DNA of 64,000 nucleotides from Antedon mediterranea (GCF_964355755.1 NC_092679.1:19761432-19825431), one strand, 5' to 3'; shown: positions 1-14,487, counted from the stretch's first letter. The notes: generated by a model from the sequence alone, not told the origin. A program made the numbers and translations.

Positions 1-3000
1 AGTGTATTGAAGTAACCCTGAAAATAAACATAGCACACTGTCTATTTTTTAAGTAAAAAATATATTATCCTGCAGGCCTTGTCTTTTCAAAATGATAGGG
101 GTGCTACAAATTGCACTCCTCAATACATTCAGGGGTGCTGTTTGTATTTTTGTGTGTAGAAGTTTACCAAATTAAAGTGTGTTGTAAAACGCACTCCTCA
201 AGGGCAGTTTAGGAGTGTTAGGTGAGTGATCGCACTCACTCGCCTTAAAAGACAAGGCCTGATTCTGCCGAATCTTTAATAAATTTGATAGAAATGTCTG
301 CCCTGACAAATGGAGAATTCACTTTTTTTGTATGCATTTTATCTAAATAAAATACCATGACTTTATAAAACATGGCCAATCCATAGAGGGTGCAATAATT
401 TTTCCAGAATACATTAAAACATTAACAGGCATGCCATGCTTTTTGCAAACATGTCACATGCCAATGTGCATTGTATAAAAGTTTACTGCCAATGCATTTC
501 TTTGTCTTTAGTTAATCAAAATGGGTTTTTTTTTTTTTAAACAATCAAGAGAAATTGGACCTTTGCCAAAAATATCAGGAAACTAAGGTGACTAAAGCTC
601 TTTTTATCAAAAAAGTGTGATGTGCCAAAATATGGTAATGATATGCCCAAATATGGTAGTGAGATGACATAATCGTGTCCATATATGGGCACATCACATA
701 AATTTGATAGTGTAGACAGAGCTTTAGAATAGGTTAATTTTGTTAATTTGTTTAATTTTTATTAAAAGAACAGTAAAACAATTGAAAAAAAAATTATAAG
801 GTATTAGATTTTGTTGTATTGTGGAGGCGAATATTGGTGATGTGTCAGTCAGATGTCGGGACTTTTCCTCATGAAAAAAAAAGAGCAACGCCACTCCTAA
901 AGACTTGTTTAAAAGACTTTGTTTATGTAGAGCATCTTGTGTATATGTAAACTATTATATTCCAAAATTGCCTCAAAATATTCAATTTTTCTGTAATTTG
1001 GTTGAAATTATTAATTATATGTAAGGTTACCTGGATGGCATGTTTAGTTGCTGCATAAGAAGATGACAGTGTTGGTCCAAACTTGCCTGCTACGCTACTG
1101 ATGTTAACAATTTGACCAGATTTTCTGGACAGCATGTGCGGGAGGACAGACTTTGTTATTGAGACTGTACCAATGAAGTTTACATTAACAAGTTGTTGGG
1201 TCACTTCCAAAGTGGCGTTTACACCCAACGATCGCTGCGAGACTCCACCATTATTAATGAGGATATCAATCTGCAAATTGTAAAACAAAGAACAGCTTAA
1301 AGTCAGGTTCCCAAGGCAGAATAAACGTATCTCAAATGCAAAGATATATATAAATATAAAAATCAATATAAAACCGCTCCTGAAATCCATACATGTCGAG
1401 AAAAATGAAAATAAGAAAAATACATTCTTTACGTAAATATGTTATTCGTTTTAGCGATTTTTATTTTCGTTGGCTTGGGGAATTCTATTTCAGGTTCTCT
1501 AACGACTTAAAAAAAATAAAAAGATTTAGAAATATCATGAGGGATAAAACTCATCCTCTTTCCAATACTTTCCATGTTAGTTCTCAAAGCTGCAAATACT
1601 GATGAGAAAAATAAATACTGAATGCTATAATAAATCATTGATTCTTACTATACTACTGCAATCCTTCAATAATACTGTGTAATGTAATAATAACCCGGTT
1701 TATATTTTTGTGCCATTTGTTCTCTCTCTGTGTTTTTTTAAACATATTTTAGATTTTTATTATGATTGTGCTTGTCTTTTGCATTGAATCTTTGTATTAC
1801 TACAACCAAATGAATTTCCGCAAGGTTTGGGATAATAAAGTTTTATTGAATAGAAATGCTGGTTTGTGTAAATGATTTTGTTCTTTTTACTACCAGTATG
1901 AAAATGTCACTTAAGCGTGGTTCCCACTTACGACACAACACAAGGACGTAACGCAATGCAAGTGAATTGACCAATCACAAGCGATGGCTTATTCGCTTGT
2001 GATTGCTAACTGTCTATAACTTCGCTTGTCATTGGTTAAAATTATTGCGTTGCGTTTACGTCCTTGCATTACGTTCTAGTGGGAACCAAGCTTAAGCAAT
2101 AGCTTGCAACGCAAGGCTATTCAGGAGAATTTTAAAATAAAATCAGCACTTTTACCAATATGTCTATAACCCATCCTAATTTGTCCAAACGGTATAAAGT
2201 GTGAATAGTTCAAAATCACCTTTCCAAATCGGCTAATGACATCTTGCGCTAACTGACGGTGAGATTCAAAATCTGTAAGGTCAAGGGGCAAGATCCAAAT
2301 ATCCCCGCCCTTGGCACCGTGATCGTTAATGCAGTTATCTTGGACACGTTTAAGTTCACTTTCTCGTCTTGCGGATAGTACAATCTTGCATCCCTAATAA
2401 AGAAAAATAAATTTGTTTATTAAATTGTATTATAATAACACTCTGAAAACTTTTATGTTTGTCTTGTGGGATTGCCACCTTTACGAATACTGAATGAATG
2501 CGATTATGGTTATCCTTGGCAATTTGCCTAAATATATAAAAACAAAAACCAAAAACAAAAATATGATGTTTAAGCTGGGGCACCTTTATTTGGCTATGTT
2601 ATAGAAAAATGTGTTTTTCTGATGGCAGAATGTTAGATGGGTGGCCTGTGCCTTGGTGTAATATTGCGAGAGTACTCTTCCTGTATAGTTACCTTTGTGG
2701 CTAGTTTGTAGGCTATATGTTCTCCAATACCACCTGACGCCCCTGTAAGCCAAACCACCTTTCCACTTAAATTATCTGCAAAAAAGGTGAATTCTGATGA
2801 GGTATTAGGGTGCAAAACATAGGACATTCGTTCAGCACTTCATTTTACAATTTTTAGGCCTAATTGACTAGATTTTGCAGCTGAATATATTAACTGTTCA
2901 TCAAATCAATAGTATTATTAATTCGAAATAGGTTTTAAATGATTTTTTGTAAAATAAGTTTTTAATTAATTTTTAAATATCAAAAGTTGCTGATGTTGAG

Positions 3001-3406
3001 TTTGTACCAAGAAGAAGATGCAAAGTAATATAAAGTGCACAGTATGGAAACAGATAACAACGATTTGTCAGAAGAGCGAACGCATCAAGGAACAATTTGG
3101 CTGATGGATGGGAAAATAACGATGAAGATAATTTTTAAAAAGTAACATTCATGCTGTAATAAATTTCTATTGTCAAAAAATATACAATTAATTTAAATTT
3201 AAACATTTGTTTTTTACTTTACCTCCATCTGGATTGATTTTATCATAAAACATAAGAGTAAGATCTCCGTCAGATATCAGAATCAAGAAAAATGCAATGA
3301 TGAATGCTATGGTCATGAACACAGCAATAAAGTATACAAATGGCAACAGGAACAGCAGAATGAGAGATGCTAGGCACACACCACCAAGTTTGTAAACCAG
3401 TTGCAT
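1..3406 (-). CDS. DHRS7: Short-chain dehydrogenase/reductase family member 7-like, 5' part; continues beyond left edge
   Basis: Exons 3223-3406, 2693-2775, 2220-2393, 1031-1270, 1-17 join in frame with GT-AG sites: hydrophobic N-terminal anchor, DGDLTL, VVWLTGASGGIG (TGxxxGxG), LSARR, IDILINNGGVSQRS, YAATK catalytic motif, then GYFNTL. Confidence 0.9.
73..261. mobile_element. hAT-like MITE
   Basis: 15-bp terminal inverted repeats CAGGCCTTGTCTTTT...AAAAGACAAGGCCTG; flanks ATCCTG/ATTCTG; no ORF. Confidence 0.65.
596..723. mobile_element. Family A Harbinger/Tourist-like MITE (left end degenerate)
   Basis: Right TIR TTTGATAGTGTAGACAGAGCT, TAA/TTA flanks, internal CCAAATATGG and CCATATATGG; about 14 copies in the window. 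Confidence 0.75.
1740..1855 (+). mobile_element. Probable LINE 3' tail (Rex1/Babar-like)
   Basis: AATTTCC...GGGATAATAAAGTTTTATTGAA resembles the 3' end typical of Rex1/Babar elements. Confidence 0.4.
1914..2092. mobile_element. Harbinger-like palindromic MITE
   Basis: TIRs AGCGTGGTTCCCACT...AGTGGGAACCAAGCT, TTA/TAA flanks, internal inverted TTGACCAATCACAAGCGA; a partial copy lies near 4470-4545. Confidence 0.7.
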
Positions 3407-4821
3407 GATGAAATTAATTGTCTCTGTCCTCTGAAAGAAAATGGAAAATTAATAATTAAATGCTTAATATTATTTTTTTTGTGTTTAAATTGCGCAAATC
3501 GTTCAAATGTGCAATTTTAAAATTTAAAATTGTACAAGAAAATCTTTGTACAAATCGAGCATAGGGCCTATCATTAACAAATGCCTACTCTATTCTACAG
3601 TATGGATACTAACCTCTCTCTACCGGCCCTAGCCGGCCAGAGAGAGTCTAGGCCTAGGCCTACATTTTAGACTCTCCATCTACAGCCTGGGGCCGGGCCT
3701 AGCCTAGCCTACTACTAGCTACCTAGCTGCCTATTTTATTAGGCCTGATATACTTGATAGGCCACCTAACTAAGACGCACCCTGGCAAAAAGATCATAAC
3801 TTACATAATGTATTAGTGTGCAGAACAGAAACTTACACTATTGTAATGTCTTATCGGTAACTGCTGGCATAAATAACTGCATTGCCGGCTGGAAAAAAAT
3901 AAAAGTGGGCTGGCTTATTGTCGGCTGGCTTATTGTCGGCTAGCTTGACACAAGCGGATAAAGTAAGTTCGCTAATAAAAAAAACACTAAAATAAAGGTA
4001 CTGGTACGACGGTGGAATTTAAAATGGGAATCCTTTAATGTACCGCATTGGTAAGTTTAGCACGTCATGGTCGACCGGCCACGGTACGTCTGTAGGAAAG
4101 TCTACTTGAACTTTAAATTCTTAACTTGCTGTGACTTTCTTCATTCAAAACAAAGCAAACAACAACAAAAAAACCATACAAATTACTAATTTTTATATTT
4201 TATTATAAGAAATTTGAAAAACTATTTTGCAGTGTTATATCCTATTATTGTAGCTCTAAACCCAAAATGTACTTTTAATCAAACCTACACTTACTTTTTG
4301 TACATGCAATGCAAGGATGCATGATGGGATATACGCTGCATGTCCAATGGTGCATGTTCGCACACTCTGCACATTGCCTGTCACATTCAAGTCAATCTTG
4401 ATAAATCATTTTTGTATGGTATAATACTAAATTAAAAACATTTCTTTGGTAATATCCTGGATAAGACATCAACCACGACACGATGGATCATGAGAACCGT
4501 CGCTTGTGATTGGTCAAATTACTTGCATCGTTGAATGGGAACAAAGGTATCAAACTAGCTTCACAAAAATAGCCAAATATAGCAGTGATTTATGCCCAAA
4601 TATGGTAGTGCTAAGACATAATGTCCATATATGAGCAAATCACATTTTATTGTCACATAAAGTTTGATTAAGGATACTAGATTAAACCTAATACTTTGCA
4701 TAGACAGTATAAAGAATGTAATCATTTTAATGGCAAAATTATAAATAAAATAACTTCAATTCATTACTGGGTTTTTCCACAAGTGATAAATAAACCAATT
4801 ACTTTAAAAAAAAATTAAATA

Positions 4822-5288
4822 CCGTATTTATTCGAATAAACATACCGGGGCGTTTATTGTTCAGGAGGATTTCAGGGAGGCGAGAGTTTATTCGAGGGGG
4901 AGGCGTTTATTTTGCCCGAGGCGTTATTTTTTGGGGTGTAATGGTATGTATAATAAATACCCCCTAGATATGAACAAATACAACACACCTAATATTGAGA
5001 AGTGATAAAATGCAGTAAAAATTGTATCAAAATGCTTGGTAAATTGTAGATCATGTCAATCAATGAATTCTACTACAAATAGAAATGTGTTGTAATAAAA
5101 TATTATGTATATATACATGCATGTGGCGGGCTGTTTTTTCGAGAAAATAAATAAATGCTCTGGGGCATTTATTCGAGGGGCTATTTATTTCAAATTCCGT
5201 TCTATGGGGGGGGGGGGAGGGAGGGGGAGAGAACGTTTATTCGAGGTTGATTTTATTCAAAGCGGAGCGTTTTTTCGAATAAATATGG
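4822..5288. mobile_element. pogo/Tigger-like (Tc1-mariner) MITE
   Basis: TA|CCGTATTTTATTCGAATAAA ... TTTTCGAATAAATATGG|TA; subterminal TTTATTCGAGG repeats. Confidence 0.7.
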
Positions 5289-5950
5289 TAATCAAATTGA
5301 GGCCGATGCATTTTGAATAATACACAATAGTACTATAACAATAATGTGATATAAAGTATGTAAAGAAAATAACAATTATTTACAAATATTTAAATTTACT
5401 TGCCAAAGTATATACCAGAATTTACTACGAAGAAACTATTGTGTATTTACAATAATCAATGGAATGTAGAGACCGTCAACACCTGAGTACTGGAAACATT
5501 TGAGCATACATTTTTATAATAAGAACAGTTATATAATTCATTCAGGATTTAATTTTCTGAATAATGGAAAAAATCAGTAATGTTGTGTGGTTAACCAGTC
5601 ATCCAGGATTTGTTTTAACTGGGGAGCACTAGCATTATAATAATAGTAAAAAAAGGTATCAAAAAGTAGTTGATAATTTTGTTTTAGACGTCAAAATGGT
5701 GAGGTGTATGCCTCTAGTGCTTCATCTGAAACCGGTCATTTGTTCATAGAAGTACAGCTAAAGAAAATCTGTTTGACGGAGACTATTTAATGACCAGACT
5801 AATTTTCGTTCACAGGCAGGTTTTAAAATTTGTTTTGCAAATTTTTCCAGTACATACTAACATTCATATATTTTCAATGCTTAAAAAGTAAATTGGAAGA
5901 CTTAGTAACTTAACTGCTAGGCTAATTTGCATATATATTGACAATATGAT

Positions 5951-6140
5951 TGCTAAATTATAGTATGGATAGAAGCGCTTAAAATAAGAACACCTAATTT
6001 GCTAAATTACATGAATGGGAGCGCTTAAAATAAGAACACCTAAGTTGCTAAATTATATGGATGGGAGCACTCAAAATAAGAACACCTAAGTTGCTAAATG
6101 ATATGGATAGGAGTACTCAAAATAGGAACACCCAAGTTTC
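5951..6140. repeat. 46-bp minisatellite, about 4 copies, in the TMX1 3' region
   Basis: GCGCTTAAAATAAGAACACCTAA recurs at 5975, 6021, 6067, 6113. Confidence 0.85.
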
Positions 6141-6712
6141 TAGATATATAGAAAAATTTATCACAGAGCATTTCTCAAACATGGCACAGTGAGCCAATCA
6201 CAGAGCGGTTAAGGCAAGTGTGCCATAATATATAGCTACTCAATTCAATTCAACTTAACATTTATTTCTTCCTTCAAGAAAAAGAGGTAAACATAATAAA
6301 AATAAGTAATGAGTCAAGAATGATAAATACTGTGATTAAAAAGTATAAAGTTATCAATAAAATGAAGTAGGCAGAGTTATTGGCATGTGTTCGCTGCAAT
6401 TTTTTTTACCCTAGTAAAGGGTTGATAATGGACAAAAAAAAGTAAATTTCAGGCCCTGTTTATTAAATACATTAAGAGAAGAAAGATTTCAGGGCGCCAA
6501 AGAAAAGTACCAAAACCTCAAAATCGGAAGAACTTAAACTCTGTAAACAACTGAAAAAAAATTAAAAACTGCAGCATGAAACAGTGTATCAAGTTCATTG
6601 GTAAATCAAACAAAAAAAAACCCCTCAAACCACTTAATCATTGAAAACCAAAAGAAATTAAAACAATTGAAACAAAATAATATTGCAAAAGAAAAGATTA
6701 GGATCTAAATAA

Positions 6713-9700
6713 TTAACTATCATCTTTCGGTCGTTGCCGTAATTCGGTTCCTTCAGTTCCTGTTCCTTTAGAAACTTTATCTACTTTCTCTTCTCCATTT
6801 TTTGTCTGTTTCTTTTCTTTTTTATTACCCTTTTTCTTTTCTTTGTCTTCTTCTGATTCCTTTTCTGCTTCTGCTGGTGGTGGAGTTGGTTGCGTTTGTC
6901 CTTTAGTTGGGCAAATGCAATCGGAGATGAGTACTAGTATCTACAATTGACAAAAAGTATAAAATGAAAATATATATTTTTAAGTAGTTTATACATCAGC
7001 TGCTGTTTTTACAGATTTTTTGGAGCGATATACTACCTAAAAATTTGGCTTGACGTTTGGCTTGTTTCCAAAATGTATAATATATTTATATATAATTTTA
7101 TGTTAGAAGTATAGTAGAACACTCTTATTCAGGGGAAACTTTTCCATGACATGAATGAGGGAAAATGTCAATTTTAACCCTACGGCACAATTGGCACAGG
7201 TGTGGATGACGCATACAAGTTTGTCTTCCCTTATGATTCTGGGGTAGCACTAACATTTCATTTTGTTTAGCCATTTGGCGAAAGTCAAAATATTTTTTTT
7301 AGTCAAATCAGTTTATCTATAGTCAAAATGGCTAACCTAAAGTAAATTTTTTTATTTAGCCAAATGAATCGGTTTTTAGCCAAAATTTAAAATTGTTGAA
7401 ATATAATGGCAAAAACATTTTAGTCCATTTATCTATGTCAACAGGTCTATACACTGTTCCCTGAACGTTTTTGTAAGGCATTGAGAAGAACCATGCCTAA
7501 ATCACTGTATGATTAAAAAATAATATTTTTTTTGTATTCTTTTTACATGATTAAAACAATTGTTCAAATTGTTTTTAATCATACAGTTACCAATTTAATA
7601 AAGAAACATTTTACAGTTTTCTTAAATCCCCTGAACGCTATGTTACTTTTGTTTTTTACGCTTGGCTGGTCATGTTTGTGTGTGACGGCTTCTATCGCGT
7701 ACCCAGGCAAAAATCGTGTCCTAGACTTCACGGTCACTCAGCATCACCGCCGCGCAGCGGGTTAATGTTTTCAAATTTGGTATGCTCAAGAGGTGCAAAA
7801 GTGCAGAACCGCCGGTCTAGGCCTACAAAATTATGTACAACAACGGTATATCGTATGCTAAAAATATTGAGGACAATTTCTAGCAAACGAACGCTCGTAT
7901 CGTTGTTGAACGTAAGATAATATAGGCCAAACACGTCTTTCCATCCCTCAAGGCTGCGCCGAAGCGTTTCTGTCAGTGCGAGAAATTTATCCCGATTATT
8001 ATTTATTTACACAACACAGAAGCCGGAGGCCGGCCCCGCTCAGATGCACGTGTGTGTTTAGCTAAATCCCCGTTAGACTCTACCATTTCCCGCATGTTGT
8101 TTTGTTTACACTGACGCACGATGGAAGTTTATTAAGGGTAAAATATGAAACTACATTAAACTGGAAGACTCTAAAATGCATAACGTATACATTTTTTATT
8201 TCGATAAGATTAAGACGTCATTCATCGAAGATACTATAATGTTTCTTTTTAATCTGAAAAGTACACCCCTATCGAAAAATAGAAATTAGCCGATCGTCGG
8301 CTACGTCGTAGTCGTTTGTGCAGCGTACAACACGTGATAGTTTGGGTAGACTTCATCGTCCATGTGTCGTGTAACGTCTGTCTCTCTGTGCAGTCTACCT
8401 CTGCTATCTGAGCCATCTTTTTGAAATAACAAAGAGACGCCTGGTACAACGAAACCCAACGAAACAAGTTGACGAAAAATGGAGCTTGAAGTAAACAACG
8501 TGATAACGAACAAAATAAATGCTTGGAGATCGACAAATGGACCTTTTAGTTGGACTTTATGCTTTGGCCAAAATGATTATTTAATTATCTATTATATCAT
8601 ATGTCATCGCCAAAATGGCTAAAGTAGCCGTTTTATTTTTCGCCAATCTGGAAACGTTTTCGCCCATGGCGACTTGGCGATCGGCCAGTGCGAGCCCAGT
8701 GATTGCTTTGTGTCTAGCTACCACCAAACAAGGGTCACTTTTCTGTCAACGACAAGGATTGTGGTGTTCGTTAACCACTAGTACACTCACTTGACCGGTC
8801 ATTTTTCCGTCAACGACAGAGTGTGTGGTGCTAGTACTTTAAACACTCGTCCACTCAACTTGACCATACTTACCAGGCCTAGAAAGAGTCCTATAGCAAC
8901 TGTTAAGAGAGCGAACAGTGTGTATGAGCTCCAAGCTGGTATCCCATACTCTTCTGTTAAAACTGTGTGGATCACCCTCACTGTCATAGAAATTTTGAAA
9001 AGCCAAGATAGGATACCCATTCTGTAAAGAAACAAAGAATAAATAAACAAATAAGTTCAAATCAGGATATTCGAACACATGCCTTGGCCAAAACCAAGCA
9101 ATCCATTTTTAGAACACTGTCCATACAATATCTTAAGTTAAAGCTCCGTCTACTAAAACTAGTTTGACAAAAAAGTGTGATATGTAAAATATGGTATTGA
9201 TATGCTTAAATATGGTAGTGAAATGACATCATAATGTTCATATTTGGGCACATTTTTTTTTCACAGAAAGTTTCATAGTGTAGACATAGCTTTATACATA
9301 TAAATGCTATCTGTGTATATACAATATTTGTGTGTGCTAAACATTATTATAATAATAATAATAATAATAACTTTATTTAAAAACGGATGCAACACTTGGA
9401 TCACCAGATTGGTGTTTTTCACAAGGCCGTTAAACAAACTATACCAATGCAGTCAATATAGGAGAAAACAAGAGAAGGGGGCGAGTATAAATTTAAAGCA
9501 ACTTACATGTATGACCCAGGGGCGTACCATCCTGGTACAGATTCAAGGTCAATATATTTCCTTTCCTGTATGAATTGAACAAGGTCATCTTCTGTTCGAC
9601 CTCCTTCATATTTTCGGTATTCTCCATTGATAACACTAATGAAGGGAAAAAACGATACATTACATTGCAAAACAATGAATATAGCAGTTTCAAACAGTGC

Positions 9701-12172
9701 TAATAATACACACTGACAAAATTATAGAAAATATTTTAATATCTTATTTACAGTATTAATTTCTATAAATATGGATAATTAGATAAATAAATGTATGTGT
9801 TGACAGAAATGAATGAATGGAACAGCGAATGTATGGCAATAACCTGTGTCTCACAGTCTATGAATTGTGCACAGGTATGGACGATGTACTACTACTCTTC
9901 CGAAAGATGCACTGGGCTCTGTGCGCACGATGTCAAATGTGTAGACTGGATCTCCAATTGCTTTCCGAGTAGTCTACCATTTCTACCACCAGAATCAAGG
10001 TCGATGGAGAGCCTTGAATGTGATTCAACTTGACTAATACTACTGGTTGAATAAGTTAATGTATGGAAGAGTTGATGAATAGATAAATGAAAAGATTATG
10101 GAATGTGAATGAATGGATGGATGAATTAGATAGGTAGATAGAAAAATGCATGGATGGATGAGGTGACTAGATGCTTGGAAGTTAACATAAATTGATATGA
10201 GTGCATATATGGGATGAATACATTAGAATATAAACATGGTAAATAGAGTTGAATGGATCAGGGACGAATCAAGGGGAATCGGGGGGGGGGGGGGTGCACT
10301 GGAGTCGGCCCGGTTCTCCTAATTTCTGCAAATTGTAATGCAAAAGATTGGACATCAAATTAGGCACAGCTCTTTATTTCACCATTTTTAGGCCTTGGGG
10401 ACCCCTATTTCAAAATCCTGGATTGACCACTGTATAGATAGTATACAGCAGCCCCTCTGTCAATCAGTGTAAAGATCTCGGAGGCCTACAACCTTTCTTT
10501 TCATTTACAAAACCTAAACTGTCCAATAAATGTTTTCAATCTTCGTCTACCCATGGAGCAAAGTGGTAACCTACCGGCTTTCTGAAATTAAATATTAATT
10601 GATTGACATTTGCAACATTATTATGAAATATATTCTACCAATGAGCTTTGTGTATCCAGTTAAGTGCGGAGATTAAGCATGTCGAGATTTAATCGTGATT
10701 GACATTGACATAACACTGTTATTACAGGTATATCTTATATAGTGTTAGTAATTACAGGCCATCTGCGTATATGGACATGGCAAATTCGTTAACATTATTT
10801 AATGTGAAACAGTGAGGATTTTCTCGATCAATTTTAAGGTACAATGTACAAAACTAGTTGGTTAGGTTCACTTTTCTCTTTGTGTATGTTTTAATGTTTG
10901 AATGAGACAAATAAATGAAATGGAAAACTATTTGTTTGTAAATGAAGTGCATTTATCAGGGGCCCGGCTTGTGGAGCTCCTTGACAGCTAAAATGACATT
11001 TTAAACTACTGTTTTACAGACTATTAATAATATGTTGGCAACACCATTAAACAAACCCTGAATCCCCCCTCTGCCTACACTATCAACCTTGTGTGACAAA
11101 AGAAGTATGATGTGCCCAAATATGGTAGTGATATGACATCATCTAATGTCCATATATGGGTATATAACCTTTTTTGTCACACAAAGATTTACTCATCATA
11201 AGATTTGACATACTGTAGAACCGTGTACTCCAAACTTACTGGTATATAGTAGGTAATGCTGTTATTACGAATCTACCACTAAGACCAGGGTAGGCAGTCA
11301 CATCTACCTCTCCTACGTTGATATCTAAATCTTTGCCTTTTTTAGAAATTTTAGTCCAAACAGGTTCAAGACTCCGACACGCTGGACACCAAGGAGCGTA
11401 ACTGAAAACAGAAACATAAACATGAATGACAAATATTTATCTTACTCTTTTTAATTATTTTTAACAATTATTTACACTTTTTGTCTTTGTATTATAATGT
11501 ATAAGATCTTGATTCTATATAGTAGGGGTACAATAATAAATGTCAATGAGTTTTCTATATTTAACTACAGTAGTATAAAAATTGGGAGAAAGTTGTGGGA
11601 AAAAAGAAATTATTGAAGTGACGATGACTGCAACAATACTTAGTGTGGAGTATATCATGGTTTCCTATCGGCATGTGGGTCTAATAATAATCTTGTTTTA
11701 TTTCAAACTGTGCTGCTAAAAAATAAGCGTTAACAACAATAACATTTTGTTCATTTAAATAATATTAATACTCTCAAAAACAAAACCAGGAAGTTCAGAT
11801 TAATTAGAAAATTATGCACAGTCACTGCTCTGGCCTGGCTACTTGATTTTACTCTTAAATATAATCTATCGATATTCCAGAAACAAGCAATCGCAATTTG
11901 TATCCCTCAGCCTTGCCTAGTCAAAGCTATGGGCCACACACGGGGAAAACACCGATTGCTTTGCACCCCGGTCCTGCACACTCTGCTCTGCATGCTGGGC
12001 AGGAGAGATAAGAGATAGGAATAGGATAGGCGACTCACAATTTAACTAGCCATTCTCCTTTCTCCAAATCTCTCCAGTTTTCTTCAGTAATGTCTATCGA
12101 ACCTAACACATCTTGTGCTGTAATTACACACGCAGTTAATAAAACCAATAAAGAAGCTGTTTTGATGCCCAT
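6713..12172 (-). CDS. TMX1: Thioredoxin-related transmembrane protein 1
   Basis: Exons 12039-12172, 11240-11401, 9507-9635, 8874-9021, 6713-6940: signal peptide, GEWLVKFYAPWCPAC active site, PGLSGRFVITALPTIYH, TM helix, DCICP, charged tail with LRQR motif, TAA stop. Confidence 0.93.
7239..8699. mobile_element. Non-autonomous TIR DNA transposon, 1.46 kb, in TMX1 last intron
   Basis: Imperfect TIRs CTGGGGTAGCACT / AGTGCGAGCCCAG, direct 5-bp flank TGATT on both sides, subterminal TAGCCA/TGGCGA motifs, CpG-richer interior. Confidence 0.6.
9142..9291. mobile_element. Family A MITE
   Basis: AGCTCCGTCTAC...GTAGACATAGCT with TAA/TTA flanks. Confidence 0.75.
10259..10432. mobile_element. hAT-like poly-G MITE
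   Basis: CAGGGACGAATCAAGG...poly-G...AAATCCTGGATTGACCACTG; same family as 20452-20609. Confidence 0.55.
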
Positions 12173-12347
12173 TCTGGTTGAAATAGAGGGAAAAGTTAGG
12201 CCAAGTTTGTAATGTACGTACACGATGGAAAGTCCACGTCGTCCAACCGGTTTTGCATACGGAAATTGCTCCTTAACGTACATTTAGTTACCAATGCGTT
12301 TACCGCGTTAACAAAAACGCAATTTCTTGATACAAAACTATTCATAA

Positions 12348-12495
12348 TATCAATCAATCAATCAGATTTATATAGCGCCAGTATCCATAATAATGTTCAA
12401 AGGTGCTTGACAAAGTTAAGCAGGAAATGCCTCTGTGTAAAAATGGGTTTTTAGTCGTGTTTTGAAAGTGTTGATGTTTTCAGATGTCTTTATGT
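12348..12495 (-). mobile_element. L2/CR1-clade LINE 3' fragment
   Basis: Minus strand encodes KTSENINTFKTRLKTHFYTEAFPA* (typical ORF2 C-terminus), then GCGCTATATAAAT and (GATT)n tail. Confidence 0.7.
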
Positions 12496-12929
12496 CGAAT
12501 ATCTATGTATTTTGGTGAAATATGTATGCACAACATTTTAAATACCACACTTCTTTCAAGAAACATATGGTTTACAATTTGAACTAAGGTTGATGTATAA
12601 ACTAACTACCACACATCCATGCACTCAAATAAATTCATTCAAAGGGATTCAAACTATTTTTTTGAGCCGAGAATTCTGGACATGTCCTACTGGACATTGT
12701 TGACCAACCTATATCCACGTACCTCATTAGCAAGACAAATAAGTACAAATGACAACAATATAGACAAAAGAAATTATTTAACCTTTATTTACCAGAAGAT
12801 GAAAATGAAAGAAATGAAAACGAGAAATTAAATATGATCTTTCTGCAAGTTTGATATGTTTGTTTTTAAAATTAACAAGAGTTTATAAAATATTAAGTTA
12901 TTGTAAACTTGTGTTTGATGGTTTGAATT

Positions 12930-13246
12930 CAGTGGCGTATCCAGGATCATTAAAGCTCTGTCCGCACTATCAAACTTTATGTGATGTGCCCATATATGAG
13001 CAAGATGATGTCATATCACTACCATTATTTGGGAATGTCAATACCCTATTTGTACATATCACACTATTTTAAACACTAGTTTGATAGTGCAGACAGAGCT
13101 TCAAAAGGGTTGTTTATTAAACATACACTAACTTTAAAATAGTTAAAGAGTGGGGAGGGGGGTAAGGAGGACGTTGAGAGTGAACACCTTAGGGAGGGTA
13201 TGGGGAGTGCTACAACACCCTAAGCTTGTTTGGATATGCCACTTGT
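12930..13246. mobile_element. hAT-like MITE containing a nested family A MITE (about 12954-13100)
   Basis: Outer ends CAGTGGCGTATCCAGG...TTGGATATGCCACTTG; inner AGCTCTGTCCGCACTATCAAACT...AGTTTGATAGTGCAGACAGAGCT. Confidence 0.7.
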
Positions 13247-14487
13247 CGTTGCTATTAAATACTGCCGATACCGACAACATATCTTTAAAACCTGTATTGC
13301 GCAATATGTAAAGAAACCTAAACTACAAATTCTATGTGGGATTTTCAATATTTCTTTACAAAAAAAACCACACAAAATCCAACACTCCAATCAATCCCTT
13401 TTAAGTAACCTTTTAACGAGATGAAATTTCGTCATTTTGTTAATCAAAACACCACCCAAATCATACAAAATAAAATGGCAATCACAGAAATCCATCAATA
13501 TCTGAATAATCAATTTTGTAATTGTTTAATTTTTTCCCTGAAGTTCTCCGTCCAATTTCTTCATAAAAAGCATTTATTACAATTACAATTGAATAAAACA
13601 ATGTACATATGAGAATACAGCCACCCTATTTGATAAGAGATACAAAAACGATTTGACACAATACGCATGTTAGATACATTGGTTGTAACTGCAACTAAAT
13701 CATCATTTTCAGCCAATTCACAATTTATTATTAATTACTATTCTGTTATGATATTTCTAAAATTCAAATACTTGTTAAAAATGTTATAATTAATTATGTG
13801 ATATACAAATACTGGTAATTAAATTTGCACCCTTTGTTTCTGCATCTAAAGCGTTTACAGCATTTATTTTGTCCAATCTATACATGCATTTAAGGAAACC
13901 TAAGTCAAATAATAAAGGAGCTTTTCTACAGTATTTACAAGCACATAAAGGGGAAACAAAATAAGTAATACATATTTATTTCTAAATATTATCTGATTTA
14001 CATAAATACATCTACAACGCTATTTAAATTTATTTCTGAAAATAAAGTAAATCGGTGCAATTGTAATATTAATTACAGTGTTCTGAAAAAATATCATAAA
14101 ATTTAAATCTTAAAATGCGGATAGATATCAAACTGGAGGCGTCATCTTAACGACGCCATGCATATAATAAAAACAACGTGAATGCTGTTTAAATTGCATA
14201 AGAAATGGAAAATTAAAAGCATTTAGAAATGATATTTATATTAAAAAGTCATAAATAAAATGCACAATACTCAATCTGGTCTAAAAAATGAGCGGAGATT
14301 ACGATTTTATGGCTGGTAGGAATTGGTATACATGTAAGCTAAATGTAGCCGATACGAAAGACACTGCGAAATTGACATGGCCAGATATTGAATACACCCA
14401 GTACAAACATACACTACATAACACACAGGTTTACAAGACTTATTCTCTGCCATGATTATCACATATTAATTGACAAAAAGATGTACA

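Noticed and set aside
9791-10033. 80-aa plus-strand ORF in TMX1 intron
   Set aside because: No recognisable homology; flanked by TGGA/TGAA simple repeats, probably a decayed repeat
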